A DNA stretch of 64,000 nt. It comes from Clostridia bacterium (GTDB lineage Bacteria; Bacillota; Clostridia; TANB77; CAG-508). Below are positions 39,401 through 49,158 of this stretch, piece after piece. A model generated the notes under the pieces. The model had not been told where the DNA came from. It ran no database searches and worked only from the letters and a program-made list of their open reading frames with translations. The stretch is from NCBI GenBank assembly GCA_017512025.1, contig JAFWHH010000007.1, forward strand, positions 9,155-73,154, in the 5' to 3' direction. A program made the translations under genes and the position numbers. Each line of letters begins with the position of its first letter. The first letter of the stretch is position 1.

Positions 39401-42400
39401 AATAGAGTCTATGTTAGTATACTTTTTAACACTATCTATTGCATCATTTTTATTATTAGAAATACTCATAATTAAGTTTATATCTATTTCATCATCATTA
39501 TTTAATTCTATAATTTTTTTAAGAGCTATAGCTTGATTTGTGTTATTGTTAACATTATTTTTTAGCTTTTTTGATTCTTTAACAACATCTGGAATATCAT
39601 AACAATTTCTTCCAAATACATTTAATTTATTAATATCAAACTCAAAATCATTACAATTATTTTTGTCAGAAAATAATGTTATTGCAAGATAGTAATCATT
39701 TTCATTTTCTAATCTTGCTTTTCTTTTTACAATTAAAATATTTTCAAAAAATTCAAATGTTATAAATAATTTATTAAATGCTTTATGTGCATAATCTTGT
39801 TTAATTTCGGATAATACAGGCTCAAATATTGAGTAAAATTCAAATTTTATTTTATTATTTTTAGTATTTTTTATATTTATTCTTCTAATTTCAACATGAT
39901 TTTCTGTAGAAATTAATAATGATGTTTTTGTCTTTATACTATCATTCTCACCAATAAATTCCGCACTATCTGGATAAAAAATAATTTTATTATTTTGATT
40001 ATTATATAAATTCCAAATATTATTTTTTTCGTCTTTAATATAAAGCATTATTCCACCCGGAATTTCATCTGTTTTTTTGTATCTATTAATAAAAATATCT
40101 TTGTATTTACTATAACCATTTCCGTTACTATCAATTAAAATTGTATAATCGTTGTTAGAAATTAGGTTGTATTTTTCTCCACTGAAGGTTCTTTTTTTAT
40201 TTTTCTCAAATACTCTCTCAGAATAATAATTAAAATCTGCATATTTTATTTTCTCAATATGCTCTTTTTTCTCTTTAGTTAAAATAACATTCTCTGGCAT
40301 TTTCTCTTGTAATAAAATATCAACACTCTCAATTTCTGGATTGTAAAAAAATCTATCTTGTAAAATATTATTGTTTATTAAATTATTTATTGATAGTAAT
40401 ATTAAGCCTTGATGATGCGCCATATATGTTTTAACAATAGAATAATTTTTATCTTTTTTTGCTCTTCCAGGAGTATAATCCACTGATTCATAGAATCCAT
40501 ATTTATTATTCATTCCTATTTTTTCAAGTTGTTTTAAATTATCTACAACCTTTTGTGGTGTATCATTTATAGCAAGTATAGTACCATAAGAAGAAACTAC
40601 AACTTCATCTGCCAGACCTCTCTTTAAACCAAGCCACGGAATACCGAATGCCTTATATTGATAATTTCCATTAAAATCTTTAAGGTTAAATGCAGCTTCA
40701 GAAAATCCCCATGTTGTACCTAATTTTTTTGCATATTCTATTTGACTCATAATCATAAATTTACACGATTCGTCGAGTAGACTTCCCGGATATCTTTTTA
40801 TATTTATCGCTGGCATTAAATATTCAAATGCAGTTCCTGTCCATGATACCAACCCTTTATATTTATTTAATGTCGTTAGAGATCTACTTAAATTCTTCCA
40901 ATGCTTGGCTGATACATCTTTTTTAGCAATTGCTACAACACTTGTCTGTCTTGCTTCAGATGCTAATAAATCGTAATACGAATCTGTTATCTTATTTTCT
41001 TCACAATTAAACCCAATAGAAAATAGTCCATTTTTTTGATTAAATAACTTAGAAAAATCAGTACTATTTATGATTTTATTTATTATTTTTATATCATTAC
41101 TTATAATCTCGTTACTGTTGTTTTCCTTAATCAGAAATTGTCTTAAAACAAATAAATAACCAACGAAATTTCCACTATCAACCGAAGAAACATATTTTGG
41201 ATATAATGGCTGTAAATTTGTAATATCGTACCAGTTATATAAATGTCCATTCCATTTGGGAAGTTTATCTATTGTTATTAACATTTTATCTATAAGATTA
41301 ATGGTATCATCCTTATTTTCAAATCCTAAATCATAACTTGATACAACACTTAACAATGCAAGTCCGATGTTTGTTGGCGATGTCCTTAAAACTATTTTAT
41401 CTTTTCTATTTTCTTGATAGTTGTCTGGCGGTAAATAATTATTGTTTTTAGTTAAATAATCTTTAAAATAATTCCATGTTTTTTGAGCTATGCCTACTAC
41501 ATAATTTTTGTCATTTTTATTTAATTTTTCATACAGATTTATCCTGCAAATTTGCTTGCTTATTTTATACATTATTGCGGGAATTATTATCCAAATAAAT
41601 CCAATAATAATAGCAAAAATATTATTAAAAATAAAACCTAAGCCAATCGAAAAAATACCTGCAATAAAATTAAAAATCATTTTCTTATAATAAAAAATCA
41701 TACTATTTTTTGTGATTTTTTCATTTTCTTCTGATGTTGTCCATTCAAGTAAGTGTTCCTTTGAAATTATTAATCTGTATAATGATTTAACAGCTGCATT
41801 TATTCCCAAATATGCTTTATCTGGAATTAGAGCAATTTCAAATAATATTTTAATTATTTTAGCTGATACACCACTCAGCTCTTTGTAATACTTTTTTTGT
41901 TTTGATTGTCCATTTTTTCTAATTATTAATTTATCTATAATGTCTAATAAGTATGAAAAATTAATTGCTATTATTGGTATAAAAAACAATAATTTACTAT
42001 TAATAAAATATCCAATAAATATTAATATAAGTGCAATAAAATCCAATAAACTTCTAAGCATATTATCAATCATTTTAAACTTTGATAATATACTTATTTT
42101 TTTATTCAAGAGCCATTCCACTATTTGATAATCACCACGTATCCATCTATGAAGTCTTGATCTATATGCATCATATGTTGATGGAAATCCATCCATTAAA
42201 ACAATATCAGATGCAAGACCACACCTTAAATAACATCCTTCCAAGAGATCGTGACTAAGTACTTTATTTTGTGGAATTTCATTCTTCAAAATCCTAGAAA
42301 AAACTTCTACGTCATATATTCCTTTTCCAGTATAAATCCCCTCTCCATAATTATCTTGGTAAAAGTCAGATACTGCATTAGTATATGAATCTGTACCTGA

Positions 42401-44446
42401 ATTACCTGCAAATAATTTTGAAAAAATACTTTTATTTGCTTCATTAATTCCAATACCAACTCTTGGTTGAATTATTCCATACCCTCTTTTAATTATATTT
42501 TTCTCCTCATCAACTTCTGGTTTATTTAATATATGTGCCATCGCTCCAATCAGTTCAATTCCAGAATTAAGTGTAAGATTCGTATCAAAATCTAATGTAA
42601 TAATGTATTTAATTTGGGGTATTTTTTTATCATTTATTTCAAATGAATTTGAATAAAAAATATTGTTATTTTTACCCAAAATATATTCGTTAAATTCTGT
42701 TAGTAATCCCCTTTTTCTCTCCCATCCGATATAGGATTTTTCGCACTTACACCATGCTCTTTTTCTATAAATAAAATTAAATTTTTTATATTTATTATCA
42801 TAATATTTTTCATTCAATTCATTTATCATCTTATAACATTCATCTACAACTTCATTGTCGTGATTTACACGTTCTTCTTTTTCACAGGTACAATCTCCCA
42901 GTAAAGAAAAATAAATATTATCACTTTTATTTGCATGATAATATACTTCTAATTTTTTAAAAGCTGCTCTTACTTTTTCTCTAGAGTCTATAATAGTTGG
43001 AATAACTACCATCGTGCTATACTTTTCCGGAACACCATTCGTAAAGTCAAGTTTTGGAATTATTTTTGGTTTAATTATTTTACCTGAAATGAATTGGCTT
43101 ATTTTTCCGAATATGTTTTTTATAATAAAAATTAGCAAAAAATATGCAATCACACTAACACTAAAATTATTAGTTTTTATATTTAAATTGTACCCTAAAA
43201 CACCTGATATAATAATTGAAAAAATCCAGTTTATAAACGATAACACTAATATACTTTTTTTCTTTTTTTCTTGTTTATTTTTATTATTTTTTATCGTTTT
43301 TTCAGCATTATTTATTCTTTTATTTAATAATATTTCGAATAATTTCTTTCTTCCATCATCAATTAAATAATAACCAACATGTGCTTCTTTTGATTCTTTA
43401 TTATTACATAGCTCTACACATTTTTGAGCAATAAATAATTCAGATATTTTTATTTTTTTAGATATTTTTTCAATAGTATTTCTGTAGTATTCCTTCGTTT
43501 CATAATCCATATTTTCATAAACGTTTGCTGGATCTTTTTTTAGCACTTCTTCAACTCCATTTATTCTGTCAAATATTTCAACGAAATTTAACCTATTTAA
43601 ATTATTCATACTACTAATGCTATTACCAATCGAAATTTTTTTAGCTGCAATATCGTAATGCTCTCTTCTTATACATTCTTCGATGGTACTTCCCATTCTA
43701 TTTAATTGCTCTTCTAATATTTGGATATAGCTATATGATTTTCTTCCATATCTTTTTAATTTAAAAGACATGTATTCTATAAACGGATATTTTGAAACAC
43801 TACTATCATCAACTTTATTTCTGATATTATTATTTATTATTCTTTCTTCCTTTAGCTCTACTAATCTTGTTACAATACTTTCAACTTTTCTTTTTTGCAT
43901 TTGAGACAAATAAATTTTTTCACATATTTCTCTTATTTTTTCTATTAGGTTTATTTGTAAAAAAATAGTTATACTCCATAGCTCTTCCATGCTAAGAGTT
44001 TTTTTACTTTGATATGCAGCTAAAAAGAGCTCTACATCTTCACCATCTATTTTCCCATCTGTGTACGATACAATTTCATTTGCAATACAAAATGCTCGAG
44101 CATATCCACTATGTTTTCCATTAGCTATTCCAATTAAATTCTTATACTTTTTTATATTTAAATCTTTAATAATTATTTTTGTATTTTTTTCAATAATATA
44201 ATAATTATCCAAAAGCCATTCACCAGCTGGATGAATTGGTATATTATTTTTTATATCTTCATTTAAAATGTTATAAACTTCTAGTATAAATTTTAAGTTT
44301 TCTTTTACACGTGGAACTGGATATGTTCTTCTATCAGATTTTAATTTTAATGTGTGAGCTGAAGCAATCTTTTTCATATATAGTTCCAATTGCTCTTTAC
44401 TAAGCATCGCCTCATCAACACTTAAATGTTCATATTTATTTTTCAA
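36488..44446 (-). CDS. Cyclic beta-1,2-glucan synthase homologue (GT84 + cyclization region + GH94 phosphorylase domain), 2652 aa
   Basis: GT region WERKRG, LDFDT, GIIQPRV, LSHDLLEG, HRWIRGDYQ. Multiple TM segments. C-terminal GH94 motifs FRDQLQD, GSGDWNDG, RENGGQYTHG, GGWSWYTGSASW. TTG start after AAGGAG. No internal stops. Confidence 0.85.
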   Translation of the reverse strand: MKNKYEHLSVDEAMLSKEQLELYMKKIASAHTLKLKSDRRTYPVPRVKENLKFILEVYNILNEDIKNNIPIHPAGEWLLDNYYIIEKNTKIIIKDLNIKKYKNLIGIANGKHSGYARAFCIANEIVSYTDGKIDGEDVELFLAAYQSKKTLSMEELWSITIFLQINLIEKIREICEKIYLSQMQKRKVESIVTRLVELKEERIINNNIRNKVDDSSVSKYPFIEYMSFKLKRYGRKSYSYIQILEEQLNRMGSTIEECIRREHYDIAAKKISIGNSISSMNNLNRLNFVEIFDRINGVEEVLKKDPANVYENMDYETKEYYRNTIEKISKKIKISELFIAQKCVELCNNKESKEAHVGYYLIDDGRKKLFEILLNKRINNAEKTIKNNKNKQEKKKKSILVLSFINWIFSIIISGVLGYNLNIKTNNFSVSVIAYFLLIFIIKNIFGKISQFISGKIIKPKIIPKLDFTNGVPEKYSTMVVIPTIIDSREKVRAAFKKLEVYYHANKSDNIYFSLLGDCTCEKEERVNHDNEVVDECYKMINELNEKYYDNKYKKFNFIYRKRAWCKCEKSYIGWERKRGLLTEFNEYILGKNNNIFYSNSFEINDKKIPQIKYIITLDFDTNLTLNSGIELIGAMAHILNKPEVDEEKNIIKRGYGIIQPRVGIGINEANKSIFSKLFAGNSGTDSYTNAVSDFYQDNYGEGIYTGKGIYDVEVFSRILKNEIPQNKVLSHDLLEGCYLRCGLASDIVLMDGFPSTYDAYRSRLHRWIRGDYQIVEWLLNKKISILSKFKMIDNMLRSLLDFIALILIFIGYFINSKLLFFIPIIAINFSYLLDIIDKLIIRKNGQSKQKKYYKELSGVSAKIIKILFEIALIPDKAYLGINAAVKSLYRLIISKEHLLEWTTSEENEKITKNSMIFYYKKMIFNFIAGIFSIGLGFIFNNIFAIIIGFIWIIIPAIMYKISKQICRINLYEKLNKNDKNYVVGIAQKTWNYFKDYLTKNNNYLPPDNYQENRKDKIVLRTSPTNIGLALLSVVSSYDLGFENKDDTINLIDKMLITIDKLPKWNGHLYNWYDITNLQPLYPKYVSSVDSGNFVGYLFVLRQFLIKENNSNEIISNDIKIINKIINSTDFSKLFNQKNGLFSIGFNCEENKITDSYYDLLASEARQTSVVAIAKKDVSAKHWKNLSRSLTTLNKYKGLVSWTGTAFEYLMPAINIKRYPGSLLDESCKFMIMSQIEYAKKLGTTWGFSEAAFNLKDFNGNYQYKAFGIPWLGLKRGLADEVVVSSYGTILAINDTPQKVVDNLKQLEKIGMNNKYGFYESVDYTPGRAKKDKNYSIVKTYMAHHQGLILLSINNLINNNILQDRFFYNPEIESVDILLQEKMPENVILTKEKKEHIEKIKYADFNYYSERVFEKNKKRTFSGEKYNLISNNDYTILIDSNGNGYSKYKDIFINRYKKTDEIPGGIMLYIKDEKNNIWNLYNNQNNKIIFYPDSAEFIGENDSIKTKTSLLISTENHVEIRRINIKNTKNNKIKFEFYSIFEPVLSEIKQDYAHKAFNKLFITFEFFENILIVKRKARLENENDYYLAITLFSDKNNCNDFEFDINKLNVFGRNCYDIPDVVKESKKLKNNVNNNTNQAIALKKIIELNNDDEIDINLIMSISNNKNDAIDSVKKYTNIDSINRSIKLSKAQTEANIQYMEMTGKDVNLFERILSQMLNNCGKDYSKNDKNLNLSKSILWKYGISGERQIILIKIDEITEIDILKKLIKCYEYLKHLNNKFDLIILNNEEQSYENYLQDMINELLWNYTEDISNGIYILKNISFEDRKILEYRADLFIPGKCGRIDYLLDDLEENNKNKIKMYNQFSNNNCNKNISKYSSNQKYNEENLELYNGYGGFLDKEYIININKNKTTPVSWSNIIANENFGTVVTENMGGYTWYKNSRLNRITAWNNDSVSDYQSELIYFTDLENDYSWNASLGPIKDEGEFYIIYGLGYAKYIHQTNDIEQSVCVFVPKEDSIKINNIKLKNLLPNKRKIKVSYYLELVLGEDEIDSSNYIFVENNKYNNYILLKNLACDFDYWMFISSSEKMINFDKNKNIIKLDLEVDIAAYEEKNISIFFGCDDNEDNCKRVIKKYQNTDNSESEFNKTTRYWNNLTEKVLIKTPVKSINYLCNGWIIYQAYCSRILARSGYYQSGGAYGFRDQLQDSMCMKYFDLSIEKNQILKHCSHQFIEGDVLHWWHDETRRGVRTKFSDDLLWLPYVVYDYIEYSGDYSILEIDIPYLRGEILEKNIDEKYDYYELSDTRESVYWHCIRAIDKSLNFGRNGIPKIGSGDWNDGFNLIGNKGEGESVWLGFFLYNILNKFIKICEYKNDYNHQNNYKKISIKLKNNLNKNCWDGRWYNRAFCDNGRVIGSIKNQECKIDGISQSWSIISGCADDDKKEIAMNNLVNYLVDKNEGIIKLLNPPFEKEDITPGYIKSYLPGIRENGGQYTHGSIWAVIAETMLGNNNLAFDHFKMINPVEHSINKENADKYKIEPYVIAADIYSNIDMYGQGGWSWYTGSASWYFICLFKHILGIRIENNKLRFEPHIPNYWNEYSISFKYGESVYNIYFKNSNENNTNNCDVKIDGIAVENGNIELNNDGKIYTVDVTI

Positions 44447-44535
44447 AATCTACACTCCTTGTATTTTCTTTTCACATATTTTCCCCTTAATTTGTATTAA
44501 TATACTTGAAAGCTTATTTTTCATATGTTTTCGTG

Positions 44536-44564
44536 TTGCGATTTACTAAAAAATATATTATAAT
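44536..44564 (+). promoter_or_regulatory. Candidate rqcH promoter (TTGCGA-17nt-TATAAT)
   Basis: TTGCGA at 44536-44541 and TATAAT at 44559-44564. Confidence 0.6.
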
Positions 44565-44598
44565 CACAAAAAAATTAATTATTGAAAGGATGTTTTCA

Positions 44599-46329
44599 AT
44601 GGCTTTTGACGGAATTACTACAAAGAAAATCGTATCAGAATTAAATACTGCTCTTGGTGATGGAAAAATTAATAAAATATATGAGCCAAATAAAAACGAA
44701 ATAATCCTTGGTGTCTATGCCAAAGGAATTAATTTTGCTCTTAATCTATCAATTGCTTCTGACTCATATAGAATCAATTTAACTACACATCAAAAAGCAA
44801 ATCCTTTAAACGCTCCCGGCTTTTGTATGCTACTTAGAAAACATATAACCGGAGCTAAAATAAAAAAAATATATACAATTGGACTTGAACGAATTGTATA
44901 TATAGATCTTGAATGTCTAGATGAACTTAATGATTTAATTAATAAAAAATTAATCATTGAATTAATGGGAAAACATAGCAATATAATTCTCACTAACGAA
45001 AATGGATTTATAATTGATAGCCTAAGACACTTATCAAAAGATGATAATTCTAGCCGAGATATTTTACCTGCAAGAGCTTATGAAACACCTGAAAATAGTA
45101 AAATAAATTTCGATGAAATAAAAACATTTGATGAATTCTATAAATTAATTCCAGACGATAAAAAAATAGATTGTGGGATTGCTTCTACATTTACTGGAAT
45201 AAGTAGATTATTAATTCAATCTATTATTGAAAAGAATAACCTAACAACTGAAAAGAATTCCTCTTCTCTTAAAATTATTTTTAAAGAATTACAAGAAATG
45301 CTAAAAAATATTGACACAGATAAAGTAATCACTGAAAGTTATAGCAACGATTTTGTGTTGTATTTAGCTAATAATTCAGAAGGAAATATCAGTCAAAATA
45401 TCACTGATAATCTACAATCAAACTTTTTTATTGATGATTATTATTTTAATAAAGAAACTGACAACCTATTTAACTCATATAAAAATAATTTATTAAAATT
45501 AGTATTGTCTACTTTATCAAAAATAAAAAAGAAATTAGTTAATATAAATCAAAAAATTGAAGATTGTAAAAATATGGATATGTATAAATTATATGGTGAA
45601 TTAATTACAGCAAATATGTATCTATTCCCCGAATATAATTCAGATAAAATTACAGTTCAAAATTATTACAATAACAACGAGGAAATAGAAATACCTGTCG
45701 ATAAAAATAAAACTCCATCTGTTAATGCCAAGAATTATTATAAAAAATATAATAAATTAAAAAATGCTTTAAGTATTGTTAACGAACAAAAAGCAGAAAC
45801 AATACAAGAGCTTGATTACTTGGAGAGCATTATTTACGAAATTGATATGGCAAAAAATATTTCTGATATTGATGAAATCTATTCTGAGCTTACAGAAAAT
45901 ACGTTGTTTGAAAGAACTCATTTAAAATCAAATGCGAAGATTACTAAAAAGCAAAATAGGAATAAAAAAGCAAATAAAGAATATACTCCTATAGAATATA
46001 AGATTGAAAACTTTACATTACTAGTTGGAAAAAATAATGTACAAAATGATTATTTAACAACAAAGCTTGCACGTTCAAATGATATCTGGTTTCATACAAA
46101 AGATATTCATGGAAGCCATGCTATTCTTATAACAAAAGGAGAAACTCCTTCTATGGATGTTTTAATTAGATGTGCTCAAATTGCAGCATATTATAGCAAA
46201 GCAAAAATGTCTTCAAATGTTCCAGTTGATTATACGCTTGTTAAGTATGTAAAAAAACCTTCTGGAGCTAAACCGGGATTTGTAATTTACACTCATAACA
46301 AAACAATAAATGTTACTCCAAAAAACTAG
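44599..46329 (+). CDS. rqcH: NFACT-family ribosome quality control protein RqcH (FbpA-like)
   Basis: MAFDGITTKKIVSELN... NFACT-N, and C-terminal NFACT-R DIWFHTKDIHGSH. Start at ATG 44599, since the track start lies upstream of the promoter. Confidence 0.85.
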   Translation: MAFDGITTKKIVSELNTALGDGKINKIYEPNKNEIILGVYAKGINFALNLSIASDSYRINLTTHQKANPLNAPGFCMLLRKHITGAKIKKIYTIGLERIVYIDLECLDELNDLINKKLIIELMGKHSNIILTNENGFIIDSLRHLSKDDNSSRDILPARAYETPENSKINFDEIKTFDEFYKLIPDDKKIDCGIASTFTGISRLLIQSIIEKNNLTTEKNSSSLKIIFKELQEMLKNIDTDKVITESYSNDFVLYLANNSEGNISQNITDNLQSNFFIDDYYFNKETDNLFNSYKNNLLKLVLSTLSKIKKKLVNINQKIEDCKNMDMYKLYGELITANMYLFPEYNSDKITVQNYYNNNEEIEIPVDKNKTPSVNAKNYYKKYNKLKNALSIVNEQKAETIQELDYLESIIYEIDMAKNISDIDEIYSELTENTLFERTHLKSNAKITKKQNRNKKANKEYTPIEYKIENFTLLVGKNNVQNDYLTTKLARSNDIWFHTKDIHGSHAILITKGETPSMDVLIRCAQIAAYYSKAKMSSNVPVDYTLVKYVKKPSGAKPGFVIYTHNKTINVTPKN

Positions 46330-46348
46330 TAAAAAAAAAGATTACTCT

Positions 46349-46382
46349 AGAGGGAAATTGCCGTTTAACGGAATTTCCCTCT
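46349..46382 (+). terminator. Strong hairpin after rqcH
   Basis: agagggaaatt..ccg-tttaa-cgg..aatttccctct. The T-tract is displaced (attgcgcattttt). Confidence 0.55.
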
Positions 46383-46409
46383 ATTGCGCATTTTTGCGAA
46401 CAATTTATC

Positions 46410-46438
46410 TTGATTTTCCTATAAATATATAGTATAAT
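46410..46438 (+). promoter_or_regulatory. Candidate nfeD-SPFH promoter (TTGATT-17nt-TATAAT)
   Basis: TTGATT at 46410-46415 and TATAAT at 46433-46438. Confidence 0.65.
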
Positions 46439-46472
46439 TTATTTGTTATTAGTAAAAAGGAGGTAAAATTAT

Positions 46473-46910
46473 ATGTGGCAAGTTTGGATTATTCTGGCTG
46501 GCATATTTGTTATCTTCGAAATGATTATTCCAACAGATTTTTTAGTATTCTGGCTTGGTATAGGTGCACTAGTTGCTGCGGTAACTAGCATCTTTGTTGA
46601 TAATATAACAGTACAAATTGGTGTATTTGTTGTTTCATCAATACTTCTTGTATTCCTAACCAAACCATTCGTAAAGAAGTTTATGAAAAATTCTGCAAAT
46701 ATTTCAACAAATGCATATTCAGCAATTGGAAAAACTGGAATAGTTATTTCAGACATTGATCCAATTACAGGTAAAGGCCAAATCAAAGTAGAAAACGAAG
46801 TATGGTCTGCCAAAACAAATAATCAAGAAAGAATACAAAAGGATACGTTAATAAAAGTTGATTCTATCGATGGTGTCAAAGCTGTCGTATCAGTAATCGA
46901 GAGTAAATAA
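46473..46910 (+). CDS. NfeD-family membrane protein
   Basis: Three TM segments followed by a C-terminal OB-like GKGQIKVENEVWSAK. Precedes the SPFH gene. Confidence 0.8.
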   Translation: MWQVWIILAGIFVIFEMIIPTDFLVFWLGIGALVAAVTSIFVDNITVQIGVFVVSSILLVFLTKPFVKKFMKNSANISTNAYSAIGKTGIVISDIDPITGKGQIKVENEVWSAKTNNQERIQKDTLIKVDSIDGVKAVVSVIESK

Positions 46911-46927
46911 ATAAGGAGGGTATTAAA

Positions 46928-47890
46928 ATGCCAATATTTTTATTAGTTTTATTAGTTCTATTTTTAATTGTTGCATACAAGACAATTAAAGTAGTTAAAC
47001 AATCAGAAGTATACGTTATTGAAAGATTAGGTAAGTTTCATAAAATAGCTGATGCTGGTTTAACACTTATCTTCCCTTTCATTGATCATGTAAGATCAGT
47101 TGTTAGTTTAAAACAACAAACAATGGACGTACCACCACAAGGAGTTATCACAAAGGATAACGTTACAATTACAATTGATACAGTTGTGTTCTACAAAATT
47201 ACAGATCCTGCAAAAGCTGTATACGAAATTCAATCATTAAAGAAAGGTATTGAATACTTAGCTATCACAACAATTCGTGATATCGTTGGTAAGATGGACT
47301 TAGATGCTACATTCAGTTCAAGAGATTCAATCAACGATCAATTAAGAACTGTACTTGATGAAGCTACAGACCAATGGGGATGTAAAGTAGACAGAGTTGA
47401 AATTAAAGATATCACTCCTCCAGCTGACATTAGAGATGCCATGGAGAAGCAAATGAACGCAGAAAGAAATAAAAGAGCTTTAATTCTTCAAGCAGAAGGT
47501 GAAAGACAATCTGCTATCACTCTTGCTGAAGGTAAAAAAGAAGCTGCTATTCTTGAAGCAGAAGCTGATAAAGAAGCTGCTATTAGAAGAGCTGCCGGTG
47601 AAGCTGAAGCTATTAAACAAGTTGCTGATGCTAAGGCTGAAGAGATTAAGAAAGTATATGGTGCAGTTATGGATTCACATCCAAACGACAAGCTAGTACA
47701 ATTAAAATCTTTAGAAGCATTAAAGGATATTGCTGATGGAGATGCTAACAAAGTATTTATTCCATTCGATGCAACATCTGCTCTTGGAAGTTTAGGTGCA
47801 ATTAAAGAAGTTCTTTCTCCAGAGAAAAAAGAAAAACTTCAAGCTGCACAAGCTAAAAAACCTATACAACCAGCTGGACCAAAAGAGTAA
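46928..47890 (+). CDS. SPFH/band-7 (stomatin-like) protein with an Ala/Glu/Lys-rich coiled-coil tail
   Basis: N-terminal TM, then a PHB domain (VIERLGKF...VVFYKITDP...RDIVG). Confidence 0.9.
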   Translation: MPIFLLVLLVLFLIVAYKTIKVVKQSEVYVIERLGKFHKIADAGLTLIFPFIDHVRSVVSLKQQTMDVPPQGVITKDNVTITIDTVVFYKITDPAKAVYEIQSLKKGIEYLAITTIRDIVGKMDLDATFSSRDSINDQLRTVLDEATDQWGCKVDRVEIKDITPPADIRDAMEKQMNAERNKRALILQAEGERQSAITLAEGKKEAAILEAEADKEAAIRRAAGEAEAIKQVADAKAEEIKKVYGAVMDSHPNDKLVQLKSLEALKDIADGDANKVFIPFDATSALGSLGAIKEVLSPEKKEKLQAAQAKKPIQPAGPKE

Positions 47891-47909
47891 TTAATACATA
47901 AAAAATATT

Positions 47910-47945
47910 AACTTGCAAAGGTTAATCCTTTGCAAGTTTTTTTTA
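47910..47945 (+). terminator. Intrinsic terminator after the SPFH gene
   Basis: acttgcaaagg-ttaat-cctttgcaagt followed by tttttttt. Confidence 0.8.
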
Positions 47946-48069
47946 TTATTGCATTTATTTTTAACAATTTATTTCTATTTACTTTGTTACTTACTGGTAT
48001 ATTTTAACTTATTTGTTTCTGTACTCTATATATCAAATACTATATTCTAAATCTTAATGAGGTGATTGT

Positions 48070-48402
48070 ATGGCTTTAGATTATAAAGTAATTGGAGATA
48101 GAATTCGTAAAGCTCGAATTGATGGTAATTTAACTCAAGAGAACTTAGCAGAAAAACTTGATGTTTCTGTTGCCTTTGTGAGCAGAATTGAATGTGGAAC
48201 CACACATGTAAATTTGACTCGATTAAGTGAAATATGTTCAATATTAAATATAGATGAAGGTCAGATATTAAATGGAGTAAGTACAGATTCAAAGAACTAT
48301 TTATCTGATGAGTTTAATGAACTTATGAAGTCTTGTCCAAAAGAGACTCAAAAGTTAATTTATGATGTAGCGAAATTAATAATTAAAGATTCAAAGAAAT
48401 AA
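48070..48402 (+). CDS. XRE-family HTH transcriptional regulator
   Basis: IGDRIRKARIDGNLTQENLAEKLDVSVAFVSRIECG. Confidence 0.8.
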   Translation: MALDYKVIGDRIRKARIDGNLTQENLAEKLDVSVAFVSRIECGTTHVNLTRLSEICSILNIDEGQILNGVSTDSKNYLSDEFNELMKSCPKETQKLIYDVAKLIIKDSKK

Positions 48403-48440
48403 AAAAATGTAATATAGTTTATCTATATTACATTTTTTTA
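48401..48440. terminator. Bidirectional terminator
   Basis: aaaaaaaTGTAATATAG-tttat-CTATATTACAttttttt. Confidence 0.75.
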
Positions 48441-48446
48441 TTTTTA

Positions 48447-49142
48447 TTATGCTTCTCTACATTTTACAATTAATCTACGTTTACCTTGCTCAGTACATGT
48501 AATTAATGTCATTTCTTTTAGTCCATTAGTTATCTGGCTTGTACAAGCAACATCTTCTGGATCAACGACATACTTTTCATATACTACATACTCAAGCTTC
48601 TTACCTGACATATCTTGTAGATATACTTTATCTCCATTGTTAACACGAGCAAGCTTTCCAAACATTTTACCACTTCTATAATTGTGACCAACTACACAAT
48701 AGTTACCAACTGTATTTGGACTTCCTCCCCAGAATTTATTTAATGATATTTTTAATAGTTCATCTGATGTATCAGATAAAACTGGGTATTGAATTCCAAT
48801 ACATGGTATTGATAATATAGCTTCATATGTGTATGTTGTACCATTCTCATCGGTATATGATGCTGTATCAACTTGGTCTAGCTCTTGTTCAATAATTTCT
48901 GCATCATCACCAAATGCAACAACTAATGCTTGATCTTCTGCCGTTGTCATATCTGGCGCATTTTCTAATATTTCCTGTGATTTTGCTTCGCTTTTATTCT
49001 GTTCATATTTAGAATATACAAACCAACCAGAAAATATAAATACTAATAATAATGATGCGATAAATTCTGCTCTGTATATTTTTTTCTTTCTCTTCAACTT
49101 TTGAGTAACGTACAATTTATCCGTAACTAGTATCTGATTCAT
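48447..49142 (-). CDS. Sortase-family transpeptidase
   Basis: N-terminal TM, catalytic His region VVGHNY, TLITC Cys motif, late Arg (RRLIVKC). Confidence 0.8.
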   Translation of the reverse strand: MNQILVTDKLYVTQKLKRKKKIYRAEFIASLLLVFIFSGWFVYSKYEQNKSEAKSQEILENAPDMTTAEDQALVVAFGDDAEIIEQELDQVDTASYTDENGTTYTYEAILSIPCIGIQYPVLSDTSDELLKISLNKFWGGSPNTVGNYCVVGHNYRSGKMFGKLARVNNGDKVYLQDMSGKKLEYVVYEKYVVDPEDVACTSQITNGLKEMTLITCTEQGKRRLIVKCREA

Positions 49143-49158
49143 ACAAACTCCCTTTCTT

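Noticed and set aside
47488-47751. Alternative-frame ORFs (47499-47696 plus strand; 47488-47751 minus strand) inside the SPFH gene
   Set aside because: They fall in the GCT/GAA/AAA-rich region encoding the Ala/Glu/Lys coiled-coil tail. Such periodic composition keeps several frames open by chance.
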